64,000 nucleotides of DNA from Candidatus Marinarcus sp. (lineage in GTDB: Bacteria > Campylobacterota > Campylobacteria > Campylobacterales > Arcobacteraceae): positions 1,142,125-1,206,124 of the forward strand of contig NZ_CP182357.1 of the NCBI RefSeq assembly GCF_048571275.1, read 5' to 3'. Position numbers and translations under genes: made by a program. Below, one piece after another: positions 1 through 10,333 of the stretch. The notes beneath the pieces are model-generated. The model worked only from the letters and a program-made list of their open reading frames with translations. It made no database searches and was not told where the DNA came from. The first letter of the stretch is position 1, and each line of letters begins with the position of its first letter.

Positions 1-1
1 C

Positions 2-661
2 AATGAAGGTGGAGTAAAAGTTATTCCTGCGTCGAATATCCCTTTAGTAACATTAGGTGCTTTTTTGCTTTGGATTGGTTGGTTTGGATTTAATGGGGGA
101 TCGGTTGGCTCAATTGCTTCAAAAGAGAGTGCCAATGCCGTTGCTCTTACTATTATGAATACAAATACAGCAGGGCTTTCTGGAGCAATTGTCGTAGGCG
201 CTTTTATGTACTTTATGTATAAAAAACTCGATATTACTATGATTCTTAATGGGGCACTGGGTGGTTTGGTGGCTATTACCGCAGGACCAGATTTATACAC
301 GATTTATCAACCCATATTAATTGGTGGGATTGGCGGTATTTTAGTGGTATTTGCCGTACCATTTTTTGATAAACTTAAACTTGATGATCCTGTTGGAGCA
401 CTCTCTGTTCACTTAGTTAATGGTATTTGGGGAACATTGGCTGTTGGAATTTTCGCAAGCAATGGAGAAGAGATTACTTTTTTAGGACAGTTAAAAGGTG
501 TCATTGAAATTGGTCTGTTTTCATTTAGCAGTTCATTGATTATTTTAATGATTATTAATAAAATATTTGCATTAAGAGCTTCAAAAGATGAAGAGATGCA
601 AGGATTAGATGTTGAAGAGTGTGGTGTTGAAGCTTATCCTGAGTTTAAGCGGGCATTTTAA
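2..661 (+). CDS. amtB: Ammonium transporter, 5'-truncated by window edge
   Basis: Frame is open from position 2 (NEGGVKVIPASNIPLVTLGAFLLWIGWFGFNGGS); Amt motifs WFGFNGGS and DDPVGALSVH; adjacent to a PII gene. Confidence 0.95.
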   Translation, partial: NEGGVKVIPASNIPLVTLGAFLLWIGWFGFNGGSVGSIASKESANAVALTIMNTNTAGLSGAIVVGAFMYFMYKKLDITMILNGALGGLVAITAGPDLYTIYQPILIGGIGGILVVFAVPFFDKLKLDDPVGALSVHLVNGIWGTLAVGIFASNGEEITFLGQLKGVIEIGLFSFSSSLIILMIINKIFALRASKDEEMQGLDVEECGVEAYPEFKRAF

Positions 662-739
662 ATAGAGGTTTTAGTCAAAGGATTATTGGCAATTTAATTA
701 AATTTAGATAAAATGAAAAAAATCAAAAAAGGATTCGCA

Positions 740-1078
740 TTGAAAAAAATAGAAGCAATTATTAAACCATTTAAATTAGAAGATGTAAAAAATGCATTAA
801 CCGAAGCTGGCGTTACAGGAATGACAGTTTCAGATGTTAAAGGATATGGAAGACAACAAGGTCACTCAGAGCTTTATAGAGGTGCTGAATATGTGGTTGA
901 CTTTTTACCAAAAATTAAATTAGAGTTAATTGTTGATGAAAGAAGTGTAGATGAAACGATTCGAATTATTACAGAATCGGCACGAACTGGAAAAATTGGT
1001 GACGGTAAAATTTTCGTTACACCAATTCAAAAAATCATAAGAATCAGAACAGGTGAGGAAGACGAGGAAGCAATTTAG
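740..1078 (+). CDS. glnK: PII nitrogen regulatory protein (GlnB/GlnK)
   Basis: [13 protein letters not shown]-terminus, T-loop [16 protein letters not shown]; probable TTG start at 740 after AAGGA (ORF track starts at 713); named glnK from linkage to amtB. Confidence 0.9.
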   Translation: MKKIEAIIKPFKLEDVKNALTEAGVTGMTVSDVKGYGRQQGHSELYRGAEYVVDFLPKIKLELIVDERSVDETIRIITESARTGKIGDGKIFVTPIQKIIRIRTGEEDEEAI

Positions 1079-2097
1079 TGGCTAAAACAGTTACTCTAAA
1101 TACGCCTTTAGATATGCATCTGCATTTAAGAGATGCCTCCATGTTAGAACTTGTTGCACCCCTAACGGCACAGACGTTTAGTGGGGCACTGGTTATGCCG
1201 AATCTTGTTCCTCCTGTTACTACCAGAGAAGATTTAATTGCGTATAAGCAAAGAATTATTAAAGCTTCAAAAAATGATGCTTTTGAACCATATATGACCC
1301 TTTTCTTTCAACAGTACAGTAAAGCTTTTTTAGAAGAAGTTCAAGATGAAATCATTGGTATTAAATTGTATCCTGCAGGGATTACCACCAATTCAGAGAC
1401 TGGGGTTTCATCCATTGATAGTCAAACCCTTCGTCCTACTCTTGAAGCCATGAGTGATTTGGGTATTCCTTTGTGTATTCATGGAGAAACCAATGGTTTT
1501 GTCATGGACAGAGAGAAAGAGTTTATGCCCATTTATGAAAGTTTGGCAAAAGATTTTCCCAAATTAAAAATTATCATGGAGCACATTACTACCAAAGAGG
1601 CAGTTGATTTACTTGCAAAATATGAAAATTTATATGCCACAATTACGGTACAGCATCTTTTGATTACCTTAGATGATGTTGCGGGAGGAATGCTTAAACC
1701 CCATCTTTTTTGTAAACCTATTGCCAAAAGATATGAAGACAGAGAAGCTTTGTTACAAGTGGCGTTAAGTGCAAATCCGAAGGTGATGTTTGGAAGTGAT
1801 TCTGCTCCTCATCCCAAACATAAAAAAGAGTCTTGTGGGTGTGCTGCAGGAGTTTTTACAGCTCCCATTGCGCTACAAGTTTTAACTGAACTTTTTGATA
1901 AACATGACTGTTTAGAAAATCTCAATGCCTTTGTGAGCGAAAATGCTTTGAAAATTTATGACATTACCCCACCAAAAAAAGAGATTGTATTAGAAAAAAA
2001 AGCATTTCAAGTGCCTGAGAATTATTCGAATGACACAGAAGTAGTTGTGCCTATGTATGCGGGTGAGACGATTGCTTGGAGTCTTGTAAGTTTATAG
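1078..2097 (+). CDS. pyrC: Dihydroorotase (type II)
   Basis: [33 protein letters not shown] motifs. Confidence 0.95.
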   Translation: MAKTVTLNTPLDMHLHLRDASMLELVAPLTAQTFSGALVMPNLVPPVTTREDLIAYKQRIIKASKNDAFEPYMTLFFQQYSKAFLEEVQDEIIGIKLYPAGITTNSETGVSSIDSQTLRPTLEAMSDLGIPLCIHGETNGFVMDREKEFMPIYESLAKDFPKLKIIMEHITTKEAVDLLAKYENLYATITVQHLLITLDDVAGGMLKPHLFCKPIAKRYEDREALLQVALSANPKVMFGSDSAPHPKHKKESCGCAAGVFTAPIALQVLTELFDKHDCLENLNAFVSENALKIYDITPPKKEIVLEKKAFQVPENYSNDTEVVVPMYAGETIAWSLVSL

Positions 2098-2132
2098 TTT
2101 TTTAACTATAAACTTCATTTTTATTAATAAGT

Positions 2133-3230
2133 CTAATATTTGTTTCTTTCGTCAAGAAGTTTTTTAACCGATTCATTTTGTTGTTTTTGATACTCAATTC
2201 TCTCTTCTCTCATGATTCTAAGCGTCTCTAATGTCTCTTGTTTTTCATGATCAATATTGGCTTTAATTTGCACGGCTTTTCTGTTATTTGAAATTCCACT
2301 GACCGATAAAAACTTCTCTTTTTTATTGATATAGAGTTTTGCCATTGATGAGGTGGCATTTTTATTAAAGACTATGACATCATTTTTCTTTAAATTTAAA
2401 ATATCAAATACATTGAGTTCTGTTTCAGCCATTACTGCATCAATATGCATTTTTGCCCCTGAAATCAAAGTTGTGATATCTCTTCTTTTACTGAGTTTTT
2501 TATTTCGTCCTTCCGCAAATATCTTCTCAACAATTTTATTTAAAAGCATTTCTATATATGAAATAGGGTAACAAATAGATAAAAATCCAGAATCATCGTC
2601 AATGGTAATTTCAAGAACGACCAAGAGAACAATTTCGTGGTCAGAGATGACTTGAATGGCATTTGCATTGGTATCTCGAGATTCAATTTTAAAGTGAATT
2701 TTTGTAATTTCATTCCAGGCATGTTGCATGTGAGAGACCAATACTTTATAAAAGTGTTCAAAAATTTCAACTTCAATTTCTGTAAGCTCTCTGTCTAAGT
2801 TATCACTGGCGGCAATGGCACCACTTCCCAAAAGTTCGGCAATAATTTTATGGGAAATACCAGGGTTACACTCCACAACAATTCTTCCATCCAATGGTTT
2901 CATTGAGAGTGTGTTCAGTGAAGTCAGTTGAGGAATCGATAGAATAAACTCTCCATAGGTCATTTGTTCAATAGAATAGAGTTTGATGTCCACAATTTTT
3001 CTGAGCATTGCGGAGAGATCGGTAATAAGGTCTCGAAGCATTTTGTCATGCAGTGTTGAGAAGGCTTTGAACTGTTCATTAGAGATTCGATTGGGCTTTT
3101 TAAAATCGTAAATAGAGTAGTTTTTCTCTTTTGAAACAATTTTCTCTTCTTGTTCACCATCAATATCTTCACCTTGCTCTGCTATGTCTAAAAGAGCATC
3201 AATTTCATCTTGACTTAAAAATTCAGCCAT
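2133..3230 (-). CDS. fliM: Flagellar motor switch protein FliM
   Basis: N-terminal LSQDEIDALL CheY-binding peptide; YDFKKPNRIS; EQMTYGEF. Confidence 0.95.
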   Translation of the reverse strand: MAEFLSQDEIDALLDIAEQGEDIDGEQEEKIVSKEKNYSIYDFKKPNRISNEQFKAFSTLHDKMLRDLITDLSAMLRKIVDIKLYSIEQMTYGEFILSIPQLTSLNTLSMKPLDGRIVVECNPGISHKIIAELLGSGAIAASDNLDRELTEIEVEIFEHFYKVLVSHMQHAWNEITKIHFKIESRDTNANAIQVISDHEIVLLVVLEITIDDDSGFLSICYPISYIEMLLNKIVEKIFAEGRNKKLSKRRDITTLISGAKMHIDAVMAETELNVFDILNLKKNDVIVFNKNATSSMAKLYINKKEKFLSVSGISNNRKAVQIKANIDHEKQETLETLRIMREERIEYQKQQNESVKKLLDERNKY

Positions 3231-3231
3231 A

Positions 3232-4284
3232 TTAACCTCTGATTTCCATCTCTACATCAATTGCACCTAAATCTTTAATCATTTTAAGTGTCTCAATTAT
3301 ATCTGCTATGGGTAGTTTCATCACTTTCATTGCTCTCATTAAATCGGATACCGTTGGCAAATTTTTGGTGTTGACCAAGGCGTTGTCTAAGTTGATTATA
3401 GTAGGTTTTTGATCAATTTTTACACTGTCCCCAATATCTTGTCCCATGTTTTTTGCAGGGTCATTCCAATCATTGTTGGTAAGATCTGTTTTTTTAATTC
3501 TTAAAGTAAAAGTATCTCGCGTAATGGTAACGGGTTGGATGACAATATCTGCACCTGCAATAATGGTTTCTCGTTGCATATCTATAATAATTTTCTTTTT
3601 AAAATCAGAATCAATTTGAATATTTTGAATAATGGATAAAAATTTTACAATTGACATATCGGCAGGTTTTTTTGCAGTAATGGTTCGCGTATCTGTAGCG
3701 ATTGCAAGTTTTGATCCAAATCTGTCATTGATTTTGGTTTCAATTAAATCGGCATATTTTGCAGATGCTTTAAATAAACTCAGTGTTATATCATTCTCAT
3801 CTTGTAACGAGTAATCCAGTTCATTTTCAATAATTGCGCCATTAAAAATATCCCCAGTAGTTTTATTCGTAGGAGTTGATAAAATGGTACCTTGTGCCAA
3901 AGCATAAACGGTGCCATCGACCCCTTTTAATTGAGTTAAAAGAAGTTCCCCTTGATCAATGGATTTGGCATCACCAATGGCAGAGACTTTCACCGAAATA
4001 CTGTCACCTTGTCTGGCAAAAGCAGGCAATTCTGCGGTGACCATAACCGCTGCAATATTTTTTGAATTGATTGAAGAAGTGGGAATTTTTATATAGGAAT
4101 TTCTTAAAAGATTTTGTAAACTTTGCATTGTAAATTTACTTTTATCTCCAGTGCCAGCAAGCCCTACAACCAAGCCATAGCCGATGAGTTGATTCTGTCT
4201 GATACCTACGACGGATGATATATCTTTTATTGTTTGTGAATAAACAGATGTAATAATAAATAATATACCAATGAAATATTTCAA
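3232..4284 (-). CDS. flgI: Flagellar P-ring protein FlgI
   Basis: Signal peptide; NQLIGYGLVVGLAGTGD; KNIAAVMVTAELPAFARQGD. Confidence 0.93.
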   Translation of the reverse strand: MKYFIGILFIITSVYSQTIKDISSVVGIRQNQLIGYGLVVGLAGTGDKSKFTMQSLQNLLRNSYIKIPTSSINSKNIAAVMVTAELPAFARQGDSISVKVSAIGDAKSIDQGELLLTQLKGVDGTVYALAQGTILSTPTNKTTGDIFNGAIIENELDYSLQDENDITLSLFKASAKYADLIETKINDRFGSKLAIATDTRTITAKKPADMSIVKFLSIIQNIQIDSDFKKKIIIDMQRETIIAGADIVIQPVTITRDTFTLRIKKTDLTNNDWNDPAKNMGQDIGDSVKIDQKPTIINLDNALVNTKNLPTVSDLMRAMKVMKLPIADIIETLKMIKDLGAIDVEMEIRG

Positions 4285-4374
4285 TATATGAACCTTTTAG
4301 TTGAGTGTTTCAATTTTATCTAAAATTTTATAAAATGTAGGTATAATTATTGAAAAAATAATTTAAGGTTACGT

Positions 4375-5319
4375 GTGACTATATATATTTACGGAAGTAA
4401 AAGTTTTAAAAATAGTATCCATGAAGTTTTAGACCATGCAAATATCAAGTTCAGATTAGGAGAAGGTGACGAGATACGAGATGTCACCTCTTTAACCGAA
4501 CTCATGGATGCAGTTGAAGATAATCCGAAAAATATATTTTTGATAGATGATGAAAAAATAATTCGAAAAAACTCCTTAAATGATAAAATAAAGTTTTTAA
4601 AACCTAAAGGTGGGATAGAAGAAGAGTTTTTAAAAGAGCATGGTATTGGGGATATGAGCGTTGACTCCATTGAAGATATTCCTTCCCAAGTGATTAAAAG
4701 AATTGAGTTGATGCATAAAGACGATTCAGAATATGGAACGAACTCTTTAGAGTATTATGAAGATACCAATCGCTCTGAAGAATCAACAAGCGAACACGAT
4801 CTTGAGTTTGCCCAGCAAACTCAAGAGGAGAGTATCTCCGTAGAATCGCCTGCAGAGATATCTTCGGAAGATGCGGGAGATTTTGATTACGATGATGTTC
4901 TCTCATTTTTAAGTGAAGATGAAGAAGAAAAAGAAGAAGATATCAAAGAAGATAAGATGGAGAGTCAACCATCGGAAAAGATTGAAACTAACGATGAAGT
5001 TAGCTTAGAAGAGCAAAATTCTTCTGGTATTGAAAATGACGATTTTGGGTTAACCGTAGAGAAAATTGAACAAAAAGGAGCAGAAGATATGTCAGATGAA
5101 TTTTCTGAGTTGGACAGCTTAAGTGAAGATGAACTTTTAGCTGCTTTAAATGGCATAGATGGTGAACCAAATGAGAGTACAAAAAGTGTCTCTAAAACTG
5201 AGAAAACAGTAAGTAATGAAGTTGAATTAAATAGTAACAGTGTCAATGATATCGCTTCATTGATTACGCAGTTGCTCAATAATAAAACTTTGGAGATTAC
5301 AATTAAAATTAAAGAGTAG
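4375..5319 (+). CDS. Highly acidic hypothetical protein in flagellar cluster
   Basis: 314-aa ORF with GTG start; long E/D/S-rich central region; stop directly abuts fliQ. Confidence 0.75.
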   Translation: MTIYIYGSKSFKNSIHEVLDHANIKFRLGEGDEIRDVTSLTELMDAVEDNPKNIFLIDDEKIIRKNSLNDKIKFLKPKGGIEEEFLKEHGIGDMSVDSIEDIPSQVIKRIELMHKDDSEYGTNSLEYYEDTNRSEESTSEHDLEFAQQTQEESISVESPAEISSEDAGDFDYDDVLSFLSEDEEEKEEDIKEDKMESQPSEKIETNDEVSLEEQNSSGIENDDFGLTVEKIEQKGAEDMSDEFSELDSLSEDELLAALNGIDGEPNESTKSVSKTEKTVSNEVELNSNSVNDIASLITQLLNNKTLEITIKIKE

Positions 5320-5589
5320 TTGTTCATGGATTTACTTGGAATTGCTGAAAATACGGTTAAAATTATTTTAATTTTAGGTCTTCCCTCTTTATTAGTGAGT
5401 ATGGTGATTGGACTTATTATCAGTATTTTTCAAGCGGTAACTCAAGTCAGTGATGCTTCGTTGACGTTTGTACCTAAAATGATTTTGGTTTCAGCATTTA
5501 TCCTTATTTCACTTCCTTGGATTGGCGAAAATGTCCAATCATACACAAAAGATTTGTGGGATTTGATTCTTATTTTTGGAAAACAGTAA
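5320..5589 (+). CDS. fliQ: Flagellar export protein FliQ
   Basis: 89-aa hydrophobic protein; GLIISIFQAVTQV..SLTFVPK motif. Confidence 0.93.
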   Translation: MFMDLLGIAENTVKIILILGLPSLLVSMVIGLIISIFQAVTQVSDASLTFVPKMILVSAFILISLPWIGENVQSYTKDLWDLILIFGKQ

Positions 5590-5993
5590 TGGTAACTAAA
5601 CTTTATAACTTAAAAAGAATGCAAACCGATCAAAAAGTACTTGAAAAAGCTCAAATTGCAATGAGAATAGAAGCATTTGATGCCGAAATACTTATGACCG
5701 AAACACAAAGAATAACAACCAGTGTTAATAGAACAGGGGCAATTTCAGATTTTGCCATACTGCAAATCCACAAAGATACTATGAGTGCACACATTGTTAA
5801 ACTTCAAACGGTAAAAAAAGCGTTAAATAAAAAAATAGATAAATTAAACGAAGAGATCATTGAACTTTTAAAAGAGACTGAACAGTATAAATATTTGGTT
5901 GAAGAAGAGAAAAAATTAAAAGTAATAGAACAACTTAAAAAAGAAGAAGAAGCAACAAATGAGTATATGCAAAGTAAATACTTTGCAAGTTAG
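5589..5993 (+). CDS. FliJ-like coiled-coil flagellar export protein
   Basis: ATG overlaps the fliQ stop (TAATG); ~134-aa charged coiled coil ending ETEQYKYL..E; size and context fit FliJ. Confidence 0.6.
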   Translation: MVTKLYNLKRMQTDQKVLEKAQIAMRIEAFDAEILMTETQRITTSVNRTGAISDFAILQIHKDTMSAHIVKLQTVKKALNKKIDKLNEEIIELLKETEQYKYLVEEEKKLKVIEQLKKEEEATNEYMQSKYFAS

Positions 5994-6001
5994 GGGAAAT
6001 T

Positions 6002-6478
6002 TTGTATAAAATATTTATTATTTTGATGACCAGTGTTTATTTGATGAATGCCGCACCCAATGAACTCTCTCCCATACAAGAGAAAAACGAGGTCATTGAG
6101 TTAAAAAAAGAGTTAACCAATTTTTATAATAAAAAAGAAGCAGAGTATGTTAAACGAAAAAAAGAGTTGGATACCATAGCGAAAAATATTGCCAATGAGA
6201 AAAAACAGATTTCTGATTTGTATGAAAAAAATCAAGAGATTTTAAAAGATATACAGGGGCAAGTTGCAAGTAAAACAGCAAAAATTTATAATAAAATGAA
6301 AGCAAAAGATTTGGCTCCTATTTTTAATCAAATGATTAATGAGGGAAAAATTGAAGATGTTTTTGATATAATCTTAAAACTCAAGGAGAGTAACGTTACT
6401 TCACTGCTTAAATTTTTAAGTGTTGAGAACGCCTCGTTGATTACCGAAAAATTGAAAAATTATAATAGTACAAAGTAA
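6002..6478 (+). CDS. MotE-like periplasmic flagellar motor-associated protein
   Basis: Signal peptide, coiled coil, KIYNKMKAK..A motif typical of MotE/MgtE_N-like proteins; upstream of fliL. Confidence 0.55.
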   Translation: MYKIFIILMTSVYLMNAAPNELSPIQEKNEVIELKKELTNFYNKKEAEYVKRKKELDTIAKNIANEKKQISDLYEKNQEILKDIQGQVASKTAKIYNKMKAKDLAPIFNQMINEGKIEDVFDIILKLKESNVTSLLKFLSVENASLITEKLKNYNSTK

Positions 6479-6492
6479 GAAAGGGTTTATTT

Positions 6493-7038
6493 ATGGCTGA
6501 TGAAGAAGTAGTTGCAGTACAAGAGAAACAATCAAGTGGTAAGGGAGTTATGATGCTTCTTATTGCTTTGATTGTGATATTAATATTGGTTGTTGCAGGT
6601 GGCGGATATATGTTGTATTCTAAAGGTGTTTTCTCAGATGCACAAGCTCAACCAGCGGCTCAAGAAGCAGCAGCACCGAGTAAGTCGGAGAGCAGTTCAG
6701 GAGAGTTTTTTAAAGTTGATATCAATGATATGGTTTTAAATATTACGAATGCAAAAGGAAGAGAAAAGTTAATGAAACTCTCTTTTTCCATCAAAAGTAC
6801 CGAAGAGGGTATTGAGCAACTGGTTGAACAAAATAAACCTGAAATTATTGATGTTGTTATCTCTCAAATCAGTTCAAGAAATTCAGAAGAACTTTTAACT
6901 GTAGGTGGGAAAGAGCTTTTAAAAGAGGAACTTATTCAAGATATTAATACCGTTTTAGATGAAGCAATTGGAGACAGTGGTGATTTTAAAAAAGACAGTG
7001 TTAAGAAAATTTATTTTACAGCTTTTGTAATTAAGTAA
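6493..7038 (+). CDS. fliL: Flagellar basal body-associated protein FliL
   Basis: Single N-terminal TM; EELLTVGGKELLKEELIQDIN and C-terminal KIYFTAFVIK. Confidence 0.9.
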   Translation: MADEEVVAVQEKQSSGKGVMMLLIALIVILILVVAGGGYMLYSKGVFSDAQAQPAAQEAAAPSKSESSSGEFFKVDINDMVLNITNAKGREKLMKLSFSIKSTEEGIEQLVEQNKPEIIDVVISQISSRNSEELLTVGGKELLKEELIQDINTVLDEAIGDSGDFKKDSVKKIYFTAFVIK

Positions 7039-7047
7039 GGTAACGCA

Positions 7048-7476
7048 ATGATAGTAGCAGTAAAAAGACAAAGTTTTAAAAAGTTAGCCATTAAAGTGCT
7101 TTCAATTGCAGCGTTAATTGGGATGTTTACTGCCTATTATTTTCACATGAGTGGTAAGTTTCAAGAAGATAAAATTGAACAACCCACATCTTTGAGTGTT
7201 GAACAAGCTAAACATGAAAAAAGAGCCAAAGAAATAGAGCGTATTATTTATAAAGAAGCAGAGGTTGCTGTTGATTTGATTGATCAAGAGCATATTCAAA
7301 ACATCAGAGTTGTCGCAAATAAACTCTATATTGTATGTGATGTGAACACCAATTTAGATGCGTTAATGGTCAGATATGGTGTCATGGCATTGGTCAAAAA
7401 TTCAGTTTCAGATATTAAAATTGCAATCGATTTAAAACAAATTGTAGAGAGTAAGTATAAAAATGAAGATAATTAA
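7048..7476 (+). CDS. Hypothetical single-TM protein between fliL and flgH
   Basis: 142-aa ORF with one N-terminal hydrophobic helix; overlaps the flgH start. Confidence 0.7.
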   Translation: MIVAVKRQSFKKLAIKVLSIAALIGMFTAYYFHMSGKFQEDKIEQPTSLSVEQAKHEKRAKEIERIIYKEAEVAVDLIDQEHIQNIRVVANKLYIVCDVNTNLDALMVRYGVMALVKNSVSDIKIAIDLKQIVESKYKNEDN

Positions 7477-8170
7477 TGCGGCTCTGATTTGTATCGTAGC
7501 ATTTGGTTTTACAGCATGCAGTACAAAAGAGCTTGATTTTAAACAACCAGAGATTCAAATACCCAAAGATATAGAGAAACCAAAAGCCAATAAGGGTTCG
7601 TTATATTCAAGAAAAGGGGCTTCACTGTTTGCTGATAAAAAAGATTTGCAAATTGGTGATATTATTCAAGTAATTATCAATGAAGCGTTAACACAAGACA
7701 GTAAGAATTCGAGAAAATTAACCAGCGACAGTACGAATACATTAGCGGGAATAACCGTTGGCGCTAATGCTGGGAATACTTCCCCTTCTAGTACTGTTAA
7801 TAAAGCGGCAAATAAGTTAAGAAGTGGATTGGGATTTGATGTTTCAACGAATTCTTCGTCATCGTTTTCAGGGAAAAATACGACGGCCATTGATGAGGCA
7901 TTTGCTACAACGATTTCTGTTATAATTGAACAAACGTATCAAAATGGGAACTACTTTATAAAAGGTTCTAAAGAGATGTTAATTGATGGGCAAAGTCAAG
8001 AAATTATCATAAGTGGTGTGATTCGTCCTTATGATATTTCACCTGACAATAGTATCCTTTCATCACAAGTCGCAAATTTAAAGATTTTATATGAAAAAGA
8101 TGGTGAAGAAAATGATACTTTACACACACCTTGGGGTATGAAAATCTTAAGAGCATTGTGGCCATTTTAA
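7463..8170 (+). CDS. flgH: Flagellar L-ring lipoprotein FlgH
   Basis: Lipobox FTAC; SLFADKK..IGDII; NGNYFIKGSK; SGVIRPYDI. Confidence 0.92.
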   Translation: MKIINAALICIVAFGFTACSTKELDFKQPEIQIPKDIEKPKANKGSLYSRKGASLFADKKDLQIGDIIQVIINEALTQDSKNSRKLTSDSTNTLAGITVGANAGNTSPSSTVNKAANKLRSGLGFDVSTNSSSSFSGKNTTAIDEAFATTISVIIEQTYQNGNYFIKGSKEMLIDGQSQEIIISGVIRPYDISPDNSILSSQVANLKILYEKDGEENDTLHTPWGMKILRALWPF

Positions 8171-8276
8171 ACGCAAAATTTGCAAAAAACTCTAAAAGAG
8201 AGTAGAATTTAGAAAAAAATAATAAAAATAGTATAAAAATAACAAAAAGTATTATATAATACTTGAAAGAGTTAAA

Positions 8277-8295
8277 TTAATCTACTTTTTAGAAA
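8277..8295 (+). promoter_or_regulatory. 19-bp motif upstream of flgK copy 1 (TTAATCTACTTTTTAGAAA)
   Basis: 18/19 identical to the motif at 10271-10289 upstream of flgK copy 2. Confidence 0.45.
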
Positions 8296-8306
8296 AGGAG
8301 TATGAT

Positions 8307-10220
8307 ATGTTTGGTACATTAAATGTTATTAATTCTGGGTTAACAACTGCTCAAAGAGCTGCACAAGCTGCAACCGATAATATTGCCAACCAAAATACAG
8401 AGGGGTATGTTAGAAGAACGACCCAAACACGTGAAGCTGAGCAACTGGGTGGTAATGGAACAGGTCGTGGTGTCACCCTTGGCGAAACCATAAGAAACAC
8501 CAATGATTTTATCTATAAGAATTTTGTTGGCGAATCGACTTCGCTTTCATACTATGAAGAACTTTCAGGAATGCTTTCAAATATAGAAAAAATTTTTACA
8601 GAATCAGAAGAGAGTGGATTTTCAAAAGATCTTGATGCCTTTTTTCAAAAAATCGAAGATTTAAAAAGCAATCCGCAAGATTCAACCTATCAAGAGAATT
8701 TAAAAACGCAAGCAAAAATTGTTGTGGATGATCTTCAAACACTTTATGGACAATTGGACCAACAAGAGACGATAATAAAATCTGAATTGAAAACAGATGT
8801 CAGAGATATTAATAAAATTGTACAAAATATAGGAAGCATTAACAGTTTAATTGCCTCAGCAGCTATTCCTCAAGAGACTCTTTTAGACAGAAGAGATATG
8901 TTGGAAAAAGAGTTGGCACAGATGGTAAATATAAAAGTTACAAAAGACAATGGAGATTATCTTTTAGAAGTTGGCAGTGTAACGGCTGTACGAAACAGTA
9001 ATGTCAGACCATTCAGTTATGGAGAAGAGAGTGTTACTCAAATAGACAGATATGCTCAATATAATGCAGGAACAGGGCTTAATGAGAGTACATTAGGTAC
9101 CGTTATGACCAATCCAACAGATAAGATGATATATGAATTGAATGATTCTGTAAGCATTGAATTGACAGTAGGCCAAGCATTATATGATCAAAGTGGGAGT
9201 CAATTAGATATTGATGGGAATGGTACCATTGATGCTTCAGATGTGGTTTCAAGTAGCAATATCATTCGTTCATTGACGTTGGCCATTAACAATGACCCTG
9301 AAATAAGTAAATATGTTACGGCGTATAATGGAAACTATACCAAAGACAGTGACGGAAATATTATTCCCGACAGTGATAATACCGTAGACAGATATTTGGT
9401 CATTCAATCAAATAAAAGTGACTTGGAAGGAAAATTTCAAGGAGACTTAAAATATTTAACTGACAGCGATGCTAATAGCTTATATGAAGTGAACATTAAG
9501 ACAAAAAATGAGACGCAAAGTGTTGAAGCAGGCCACTCCAGTTTTATCAACAGTTATGATGCAAAAATTACTGTTAGTGATGGTTCTGTCAAAGCAAAAA
9601 TTGATAATTTGACGACAAACTCACCTTTAAATGTGATACAACAATTTAAGGATAAGTTAGATGCCTTTGCTGCAACATTAAGTGATATGAGCGATAAATA
9701 TGTCAAAAACAGTGATGGGACATATATTTATGGTGAAACGGCAATTGAAAGCAGTGGAGAAGCACATCATAACAGTTACCACATAGGACTTTTTAGTGGT
9801 TCAAGTGTCAGTACTTTATCTTTTAATGATGCTTCTGTGAATACGTTAGAGCAAAAAGATTATGATTATCTTGCAACATTTCAAAATAAAAGTGATATTT
9901 TATTTAATAATGTGGGGCAAGAAGATGCGAGTCATAATTATCAAACATTAACCAGTGATGGCACAATTGGAACAACGTTTTCAAAATATTTTCAATCGTT
10001 TCAAATTGATGTTTCAACTCAAAATGCCAACATCAGCTTTTTAAGAGATACGCAACAAATTGTGACGAGATCATTGCAAAATTCATATGAAAAAATGGTC
10101 AAAGTTGATCCTGACCAAGAGATGTTAGATTTAATGAAGTTTCAAGCAGCTTATGAAGCCAATGCAAAAATGGCAACGGTCATACAAGATATGATTCGAA
10201 CCACGTTAAATATGATTTAA
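8307..10220 (+). CDS. flgK: Flagellar hook-associated protein FlgK, copy 1
   Basis: N-terminal NIANQNTEGY; LLDRRDML; C-terminal VDPDQEMLDLMKFQAAYEANAK. Confidence 0.85.
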   Translation: MFGTLNVINSGLTTAQRAAQAATDNIANQNTEGYVRRTTQTREAEQLGGNGTGRGVTLGETIRNTNDFIYKNFVGESTSLSYYEELSGMLSNIEKIFTESEESGFSKDLDAFFQKIEDLKSNPQDSTYQENLKTQAKIVVDDLQTLYGQLDQQETIIKSELKTDVRDINKIVQNIGSINSLIASAAIPQETLLDRRDMLEKELAQMVNIKVTKDNGDYLLEVGSVTAVRNSNVRPFSYGEESVTQIDRYAQYNAGTGLNESTLGTVMTNPTDKMIYELNDSVSIELTVGQALYDQSGSQLDIDGNGTIDASDVVSSSNIIRSLTLAINNDPEISKYVTAYNGNYTKDSDGNIIPDSDNTVDRYLVIQSNKSDLEGKFQGDLKYLTDSDANSLYEVNIKTKNETQSVEAGHSSFINSYDAKITVSDGSVKAKIDNLTTNSPLNVIQQFKDKLDAFAATLSDMSDKYVKNSDGTYIYGETAIESSGEAHHNSYHIGLFSGSSVSTLSFNDASVNTLEQKDYDYLATFQNKSDILFNNVGQEDASHNYQTLTSDGTIGTTFSKYFQSFQIDVSTQNANISFLRDTQQIVTRSLQNSYEKMVKVDPDQEMLDLMKFQAAYEANAKMATVIQDMIRTTLNMI

Positions 10221-10270
10221 CAAAATTGTTAAACAGAAAAAGAAGTTTAGACATATACAAAAGAGAATAT

Positions 10271-10289
10271 TTAATCTACTTTTAAGAAA
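10271..10289 (+). promoter_or_regulatory. 19-bp motif upstream of flgK copy 2 (TTAATCTACTTTTAAGAAA)
   Basis: 18/19 identical to the motif at 8277-8295. Confidence 0.45.
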
Positions 10290-10333
10290 TGTAATGTAAT
10301 AATAGCATGATAGCTTAGGTAAAAGGAGTAAAA

